Shown here in pieces: positions 36,448 through 41,862 of a stretch of DNA of 41,862 nt. The stretch's first letter is position 1, and the number at the start of each line of letters is the position of its first letter. The notes beneath the pieces were generated by a model, which saw only the letters and a list, made by a program, of their open reading frames with translations, ran no database searches and was not told where the DNA came from. The translations under genes were made by a program, and so were the position numbers. The stretch comes from a virus (taxonomy: Duplodnaviria > Caudoviricetes): the IMG/VR virus record IMGVR_UViG_3300012953_000060, positions 1-41,862 of that record; one strand, 5' to 3'.

Positions 36448-38283
36448 ATGGCTAAAAACGTATACTTTACTATAGGTACGAAGTCTGAACAAAGACTTTA
36501 TGAAGACTTGATTATCGAGTCTATGAAAATTTATGGTCTTGACGTATATTATCTACCTAGAGAAATGGTAACAACCGATAGGTTGTTTAGAGAAGATACT
36601 CTTTCTAAATTTGATGAGAACTATCTCATAGAAATGTATCTTACAAACTATGATGGATTTGAAGGTGATGGAACATTACTAACAAAATTTGGTGTAAGAA
36701 TATCAGAAGAAGCAACATTTATTGTATCAAGACGTAGATGGGAAGATTTGATACAAGCAAAATCAAACAATCTTGTTTCTGCTGAAAGACCAAATGAAGG
36801 AGATGCAATATATTTCCCATTAACAAAACAGTTATTCCAAATTAAATTTGTAGAGAATGAAACACCTCTAAGACCTCTTGGAGATGTACCTACATTTACA
36901 CTCGTTACTGAACTCATGGAGTTTGCTGATGAGAGACTTGAAACTGGTCTTGCTGAAATTGATAAAATTGCTGCAGAAGCAGCATACTCTATTGTTCATA
37001 AAGTCACTAGTGGTATCAAGTACATTTACATTACTTCTGCTGGAACTGGATATGGTTCTGGTACAACAGTTACATTTAATACTTTAGCTGGTGCTGTTCC
37101 TCCAACATCTATTGTTCCTACAGTTACAAATGGATCTATAGCATCAATTGCAATATCAAATCCTGGCAGTGGATATACAACAACTGCTCCAACAGTAACT
37201 ATTGGTGGCACTGGAACTGGTGCTACAGCACAAGCAATTCTATCTGCTGGAGGTAATTTTACATTCGGTGAATTTGTATATGGTACAAAGTTTACCGCAG
37301 ATGTAATTGCATCTAATCCAAATGCTACTTACAATTTAACAAACGTATTTACGATTCGTAAAGTAGGAAGTGGATATACTACTGCTCCTCTAGTTACTAT
37401 AGGAAAACCTGATGCTGTAACTGCAACAGCGACTGTAACTACAATAAATGGTATTGTTACAGCTTTAACTATAACATCTGCTGGAACAACTTATCCAGAT
37501 AGTATTACCAATATTCCTACCACGACAAGTGGTAGTGGAACTGGATTAAGAGTAAATGCTACTGCAAGTAATGGTGTAATTCAAACTGTAACTATTCACA
37601 CTAATGGAACTGGATATGCTGTAGGAGATACAATCAATATTGTACCAACAGGATTCCAAGGAACTCAAGCAGTATGTACAATATCAGGTGCGTCTAATAA
37701 GGTTGGTTCATTCCAGATGACTGCTGGCGGCACTGGATATACCTCAGCTCCAACTGTAACCATATCTGCTCCTGATATATCTGGTGGTACTCAAGCAACT
37801 GGAACTGCAGCAATAGTAGGTGGAGCTGTTACAAGTGTTGGAGTAACAAATGCTGGTACTGGATATACATCTACACCTACAGTTACAATTGCTGATCCAA
37901 CTAAAGTACAAGCACTTGCACAAGCAACAGTAACAAATGGAACTATCTCTGCTGTAACTTTAACTACTGCTGGAAATGGTTATATAAGTAAACCTAGAAT
38001 CATTATTGCTCCATCTCCAAGTGAACCAAAAGGTAAAGTTGCAAGATGGGATGTAACAAACAAAGAATTAGAACTTATAGATATAGTAGGAACATTCTCT
38101 GATGATGATACTTTAATTGGTGCTGAATCACAATCCGAAACTGTCATAGATAGTTTCAGTAGTATAGAAAATGAGAACGCATCTAATTCTGAAAACGATT
38201 GGTTTGAAACTGAAGGTGATAATTTAATCGATTGGTCGGAAGGTAATCCATTTGGTGAATTTGGTAATTCTGGAGTATTCTAA
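36448..38283 (+). CDS. gp14: Neck protein gp14 with large internal repeat insertion
   Basis: EQRLYEDLIIES.KIYGLDVYYLPRE, RPNEGDAIYFP, C-terminal DWSEGNPFG. About 340-aa insertion of GxGYTxAPxVTI repeats. Confidence 0.92.
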   Translation: MAKNVYFTIGTKSEQRLYEDLIIESMKIYGLDVYYLPREMVTTDRLFREDTLSKFDENYLIEMYLTNYDGFEGDGTLLTKFGVRISEEATFIVSRRRWEDLIQAKSNNLVSAERPNEGDAIYFPLTKQLFQIKFVENETPLRPLGDVPTFTLVTELMEFADERLETGLAEIDKIAAEAAYSIVHKVTSGIKYIYITSAGTGYGSGTTVTFNTLAGAVPPTSIVPTVTNGSIASIAISNPGSGYTTTAPTVTIGGTGTGATAQAILSAGGNFTFGEFVYGTKFTADVIASNPNATYNLTNVFTIRKVGSGYTTAPLVTIGKPDAVTATATVTTINGIVTALTITSAGTTYPDSITNIPTTTSGSGTGLRVNATASNGVIQTVTIHTNGTGYAVGDTINIVPTGFQGTQAVCTISGASNKVGSFQMTAGGTGYTSAPTVTISAPDISGGTQATGTAAIVGGAVTSVGVTNAGTGYTSTPTVTIADPTKVQALAQATVTNGTISAVTLTTAGNGYISKPRIIIAPSPSEPKGKVARWDVTNKELELIDIVGTFSDDDTLIGAESQSETVIDSFSSIENENASNSENDWFETEGDNLIDWSEGNPFGEFGNSGVF

Positions 38284-39347
38284 TGTTAGGAAAACATTTT
38301 TATCACGAAATTCTTAGAAAGACTATTATTGGTTTTGGAACTATATTTAATAATATAGAATTACAAAGAACTGATAATGCTGGGAATGTCGTACAAACAA
38401 CTAAAGTTCCTTTGAACTATGGCCCAAGAGAAAAGTTTCTTGCAAGAATAGAGGCGGAACCTTCATTGGATGGTCGTGCTGAAACACAAATTACATTACC
38501 TAGAATTTCATTTGAAATGAAAGGTATTAATTATGATCCATCTAGAAAGTTAGGCCCCGTACAAATACAAAGATCACAAAAAACTAGTGATACAGAAAAG
38601 AGTTACTCTACATACAGTCCTGTACCATATAACTGTGAATTTGAATTAAACATTTTAAGTAAAAATAACGAAGACTCTGTACAAATATTAGAACAGATTT
38701 TACCTTATTTTCAACCGATGTTTAATATTACAATTAATTTAATAACATCAATTAGTGAAAAGAAAGATATACCTATAATTTTAAACAATGTTGGAATCTA
38801 CGATGACTATGAATCAGATATGAGTACAAGAAGAACCTTGATTCATACTCTTAATTTTACAGCAAAGACATATATGTACGGACCTGTATCTACTGCTGAA
38901 ATGATTAGGAAGGTCAATGTTGATATTAGTGCTGCAATGACAACTGGATCTAGACACGTTAGATACAGTACAGAACCAGCTGCTAAAGTTGATCAGAACA
39001 GAGATGGTACATCAATTCCACCTACACAGTTTAATGTTTCTAGTAATACTATTACATTATCAAGTCATGGATTTGTTACTCAGGATAAGGTTACATACAA
39101 TCAAGACACATCTGGTACACCTGTTGGTGGATTAACTGATAAGAATAATTACTATATAATTAAAATTGACAATGATAACTTTAGAGTTGCAAAATCAAAA
39201 TCTTATGCTAGACAAGGATTTGCAATTGACATTACTGCACAACCTACAGGTAATGATCATAAGTTCTCTGTAATCAATACATTAGATGATGCATTTATGG
39301 ATGCAGGCGATGACTTTGGATTCAATGAAAGCTGGACTAATTTCTAA
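38283..39347 (+). CDS. gp15: Tail sheath stabilizer/completion protein gp15
   Basis: FYHEILRKTIIGFGTIFNNI, VPLNYGPREKF, LPRISFE, QILEQILPYFQP, DDFGF. Confidence 0.95.
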   Translation: MLGKHFYHEILRKTIIGFGTIFNNIELQRTDNAGNVVQTTKVPLNYGPREKFLARIEAEPSLDGRAETQITLPRISFEMKGINYDPSRKLGPVQIQRSQKTSDTEKSYSTYSPVPYNCEFELNILSKNNEDSVQILEQILPYFQPMFNITINLITSISEKKDIPIILNNVGIYDDYESDMSTRRTLIHTLNFTAKTYMYGPVSTAEMIRKVNVDISAAMTTGSRHVRYSTEPAAKVDQNRDGTSIPPTQFNVSSNTITLSSHGFVTQDKVTYNQDTSGTPVGGLTDKNNYYIIKIDNDNFRVAKSKSYARQGFAIDITAQPTGNDHKFSVINTLDDAFMDAGDDFGFNESWTNF

Positions 39348-39766
39348 TGAGTGATACATTTGACAAATTAAATAACACCTTCAATATAGAGGTTGATAAT
39401 ACAGGTGAGATGCCCAATAAATTATCAAAGGTAACGAATGAACCTCCAACAGGAGAGACAGATGTTCATGATGATTATCAATATAGTCGTGCTCAATTAT
39501 ATTCATTGATTGAGAAGGGTCAAGAAGCGATTCAAGGCGCTTTAGATGTTGCACAGAACACAGATCACCCTAGAGCATATGAAGTCGCTGGTAACTTAAT
39601 TAAAAACATAGCAGATATTGCAGATAAATTATTAGATACACAGAAAAAACTAAAAGATATAGAAGAAGAAAAACCAAAAGGTCCTTCTACAGTAAATAAT
39701 TCAGTATTTGTTGGTTCTACAGCAGAACTGCAAAAAATACTTAAACAAAAAATGTCAGATAAATAG
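39347..39766 (+). CDS. gp16: Terminase small subunit gp16
   Basis: DDYQYSRAQLYSLIEKGQEA...HPRAYEVAGNLIK...NNSVFVGSTAELQK. Confidence 0.95.
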   Translation: MSDTFDKLNNTFNIEVDNTGEMPNKLSKVTNEPPTGETDVHDDYQYSRAQLYSLIEKGQEAIQGALDVAQNTDHPRAYEVAGNLIKNIADIADKLLDTQKKLKDIEEEKPKGPSTVNNSVFVGSTAELQKILKQKMSDK

Positions 39767-39787
39767 AATTAAACGAGGATAAAAGTC

Positions 39788-40048
39788 ATGTTATTAAAAG
39801 GTGTAGAAGCAGCATTGGGTACTAACACTGCTGGTGCTAATATTTTTAGTAATGCGAGACTGGTTCGTGTTGTGAATACAACTACTACTGCACATCTAGT
39901 TACACTAGTGGCATCAGTTGGTGGATCAGCACTTGGTTCTTTTACTTTAATCGGTGGTGAGTCAGTCTTATTAGAAAAAGAACCATTAAACGGTATCTTT
40001 GCTGCAAATGCTGGAGTTAAAGCTTCTGCTGTAGGATATACAAACTAA
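39788..40048 (+). CDS. Conserved-looking hypothetical protein (86 aa, beta-rich)
   Basis: GAGG Shine-Dalgarno, preceded by late-like GATAAATA (39758-39765). ARLVRVVN...GSFTL...EK pattern. Confidence 0.8.
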   Translation: MLLKGVEAALGTNTAGANIFSNARLVRVVNTTTTAHLVTLVASVGGSALGSFTLIGGESVLLEKEPLNGIFAANAGVKASAVGYTN

Positions 40049-40308
40049 TGGAATGGGATCTAGAAGATCTTAAACAATCCATTATACAAAGTTCTATTGA
40101 TCATGAAAAAATTATGGACGACACATTTATTGAATCTTTGAAATCAGAGGGCTTTGTTTATGATGAAGACAAAGACAGATGGTTTCGTTTATGGAATGAT
40201 GGTGATGATATTGGTTTAGAATTATATAAAAAACAACCTGATGGTAGATGGGAACAAATTTTGTCAGGTCAAAGTGAGGATAGTGTTTTCCATGAAGATA
40301 TCATATAG
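40048..40308 (+). CDS. Hypothetical acidic protein (86 aa)
   Basis: TAATG overlap with the upstream gene. Confidence 0.75.
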   Translation: MEWDLEDLKQSIIQSSIDHEKIMDDTFIESLKSEGFVYDEDKDRWFRLWNDGDDIGLELYKKQPDGRWEQILSGQSEDSVFHEDII

Positions 40309-40501
40309 AACTTGTTTAGCATGTGATTCGACATGGTTGGAAGGACAATTATACTGGAGTGATGGTAAAATTGGATGTCCACATGATCTTGCAGGCTTAC
40401 TTTGTAATGATCTGAAAGATCCAGATTGTATAAATCCATGTAAGGGGTCCAATAGCGGAACCACATGGGAGCATAAAAGATATTGGCGAGATGAAAAATG
40501 A
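40292..40501 (+). CDS. Small Cys-rich protein (69 aa, CLAC..W..GQLYW..G..DLAGLLCN..CINPC)
   Basis: Six Cys including a CxxC. Start moved to ATG 40292. Confidence 0.7.
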   Translation: MKISYRTCLACDSTWLEGQLYWSDGKIGCPHDLAGLLCNDLKDPDCINPCKGSNSGTTWEHKRYWRDEK

Positions 40502-40650
40502 AACTCAAATTACCCAAGAAAAAATTATTTGACGCTGCACTTAAAATGAATAGGTGGCCAGTGCATTGGTTTGACCAGAAAAAAGATAAAGAAATAAAAA
40601 GACAAGAAAAAATTTCTAAACTGTATCCGAAAAATGAAACTCGAAATTAA
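40498..40650 (+). CDS. Small basic hypothetical protein (50 aa, MKLKLPKKKLFDAALKMNRWPVHWF...)
   Basis: Translated by hand. ATGA-coupled. Confidence 0.65.
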   Translation: MKLKLPKKKLFDAALKMNRWPVHWFDQKKDKEIKRQEKISKLYPKNETRN

Positions 40651-40783
40651 AAAATCACTTAAATATCTTTGTTCAGTAATTATCATTGGACAATTGTGTG
40701 TAATTATGGTACAATTAAACCGTAAATCAGGATTTACATGTAGAATGTCTCCTGACAGAATTGTTTATTGCTTACAAAGATGA
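40634..40783 (+). CDS. Small membrane/secreted hypothetical protein (49 aa)
   Basis: Translated by hand. Hydrophobic segment plus a C-terminal Cys pair. Confidence 0.6.
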   Translation: MKLEIKKSLKYLCSVIIIGQLCVIMVQLNRKSGFTCRMSPDRIVYCLQR

Positions 40784-40863
40784 TCACACCAAGAGCTCCT
40801 AAACCTAAGATAAGTTTTTTTGAAAGACTTCTAAGGTTATGGAATAAAGACAAGAATAGGTAA
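40780..40863 (+). CDS. Putative 27-aa peptide (MITPRAPKPKISFFERLLRLWNKDKNR)
   Basis: ATGA-coupled and fills the gap, but very short. Confidence 0.4.
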   Translation: MITPRAPKPKISFFERLLRLWNKDKNR

Positions 40864-40878
40864 AAATACCTTTATTGT

Positions 40879-40886
40879 CATAAATA
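40879..40886 (+). promoter_or_regulatory. Late promoter variant CATAAATA
   Basis: Intergenic TAAATA core upstream of GTG 40921. Confidence 0.5.
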
Positions 40887-40920
40887 ATAGTGTAAAATTA
40901 CGGGCCCACGGCTTAAAATC

Positions 40921-41085
40921 GTGTCTCATTATACAGTCGGTTATCACGACTTACAACATCATCATTATGAAATATGTGAATATGCTACTGATGCATACGA
41001 AGCAAGAATAGAAGCATTAGAGGATGTTCCTGATTTAAAAGGTCATCCTCATTTTATTGACTATGTTACTAAGGAGGAACAATGA
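40921..41085 (+). CDS. Small His-rich protein (54 aa, MSHYTVGYHDLQHHHYEICEYA...GHPHFIDY)
   Basis: Translated by hand from GTG. 7 His. Resembles a small picocyanobacterial/cyanophage protein pattern. Confidence 0.7.
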   Translation: MSHYTVGYHDLQHHHYEICEYATDAYEARIEALEDVPDLKGHPHFIDYVTKEEQ

Positions 41086-41186
41086 AAAACTTACCAATCA
41101 AATCATCATGTATTCTTTTTGGTTTAATTATTGGAACAGGATCTTTTCTTATACCAATAGCATGGGCTCATCCTATATTAGCATAA
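41082..41186 (+). CDS. Small hydrophobic peptide (34 aa)
   Basis: Strong AGGAGG Shine-Dalgarno, ATGA-coupled, one hydrophobic helix. Confidence 0.6.
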   Translation: MKNLPIKSSCILFGLIIGTGSFLIPIAWAHPILA

Positions 41187-41189
41187 AAA

Positions 41190-41429
41190 ATGGAATTAAA
41201 TGATTTTAATGTGAACAGTGTGCTTGACGAAATACGTCCTTACATTGAAGCAGATGGAGGAATACTTGAATACGTTGCAATAGATTACCTTAAAGAAGGA
41301 CCTATTGTAATGATTAGAATGTTGGGTGCTTGTGCTGGATGTGCTATGAGTGCCCAAACTTTAACTATGGGTATTGAACAAGCAATTAAAGATAAATTTC
41401 CAGAAGTTCAACAAGTTATCAATGTATGA
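41190..41429 (+). CDS. nifU: NifU C-terminal (Nfu) domain protein, Fe-S cluster scaffold/carrier (auxiliary metabolic gene)
   Basis: VLDEIRPYIEADGG...LGACAGCAMSAQTLTMGIE...FPEV, with the CxxC motif intact. Confidence 0.92.
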   Translation: MELNDFNVNSVLDEIRPYIEADGGILEYVAIDYLKEGPIVMIRMLGACAGCAMSAQTLTMGIEQAIKDKFPEVQQVINV

Positions 41430-41536
41430 ATGAAGTTGTTTGGTCAATCAATATAATGTGTGGTATACTGTTGATAGCAGTAGGTATAGTAATTTACTAC
41501 ATATTTAAGTACGATGAATTTTGGCCTAATGAATAA
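41426..41536 (+). CDS. Small single-pass membrane protein (36 aa, MNEVVWSINIMCGILLIAVGIVIYYIFKYD...)
   Basis: Translated by hand. ATGA-coupled to nifU. Confidence 0.7.
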   Translation: MNEVVWSINIMCGILLIAVGIVIYYIFKYDEFWPNE

Positions 41537-41804
41537 AAAACTGATTACTGTTTTGAGTATTCTAAGTCTTTCTGCAGCTGTTAAAGCTGAATTAGTAGCA
41601 GATTTTACTGATGAAAATTTTGATATGAATGTATTTGCTCAAGAATGGAATCAGGGGTTGAGAGAATGGGAATCGGAGAAACGTAGAACCGATCCAGAAA
41701 CATCTATAAATAAAGCATTAACAGGATTCTGGGAGGAAAATTATGGGAGCGATGATACCCCCGAGCAGGAAGAGTTGTTACAACTTCCGAGTGACGGAGA
41801 TTAA
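41529..41804 (+). CDS. Hypothetical protein with signal-peptide-like N-terminus (91 aa)
   Basis: MNKKLITVLSILSLSAAVKA, then an acidic domain. Start moved to ATG 41529. Confidence 0.65.
   Translation: MNKKLITVLSILSLSAAVKAELVADFTDENFDMNVFAQEWNQGLREWESEKRRTDPETSINKALTGFWEENYGSDDTPEQEELLQLPSDGD
41705..41712 (+). promoter_or_regulatory. T4-type late promoter TATAAATA
   Basis: Exact consensus 30 nt upstream of the nuclease ATG, inside the previous ORF. Confidence 0.6.
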
Positions 41805-41862
41805 TCGTGTTGTTGACGGCGATACTATTGATGTCACCATTGATCTTGGGTTTGACTTATAC
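41743..41862 (+). CDS. Thermonuclease (SNase-like) family endonuclease, N-terminal part, truncated by the window end
   Basis: GGAGG Shine-Dalgarno. MGAMIPPSRKSCYNFRVTEINRVVDGDTIDVTIDLGF contains the VVDGDT nuclease motif. Confidence 0.85.
   Translation, partial: MGAMIPPSRKSCYNFRVTEINRVVDGDTIDVTIDLGFDLY

Noticed and set aside
856-40517. All minus-strand ORFs in the track, and short alternative-frame plus-strand ORFs inside the large genes
   Set aside because: They lie within well-supported plus-strand genes, reflect antisense codon bias, and show no motifs or expression signals.
40901-40923. GC-rich patch and CACG/CGTG stem over the GTG start as a riboswitch
   Set aside because: Stem too short and no recognisable RNA motif.
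1-41862. tRNA, rRNA, integrase, transposase or homing endonuclease genes
   Set aside because: No cloverleaf/T-loop signature in the few intergenic gaps and no such protein motifs recognised.

Overview
This window is a segment of a T4-like marine cyanophage (Kyanoviridae-type myovirus; the AT-rich sequence suggests a Prochlorococcus or low-GC Synechococcus host). All credible genes are on the + strand. 1-2.1 kb is a GC-richer cluster of tiny, overlapping, probably early ORFs driven by a repeated TATAAT promoter element. It ends at a structured junction (G6/C8 hairpin plus a T4 late TATAAATA box), followed by an AbrB/SpoVT-like gene. The structural module follows: a 1329-aa virion protein, a Cys-rich PAAR-like spike tip, a small island with its own sigma70 promoter (includes a SET-domain gene), gp25, gp6, a giant 4777-aa gp7, gp8, a VrlC-like 2047-aa protein, fibre/adaptor genes, gp13, gp14, gp15 and gp16. 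The window ends in an accessory island of small ORFs with a NifU/Nfu Fe-S protein and the start of a thermonuclease. Two observations stand out. (1) gp7 contains a perfectly balanced, recursively nested (matryoshka-like, branched) array of one ~100-aa domain, and domain-in-domain insertion recurs in several other virion proteins. (2) Every CCWGG found by eye (26/26) lies in a GCCWGG/CCWGGC context, nearly all forced by Pro-Gly codons, which suggests a site-avoidance or methylation signature. All product calls come from motif recognition and gene order, not database searches, and motif counts were made by eye.
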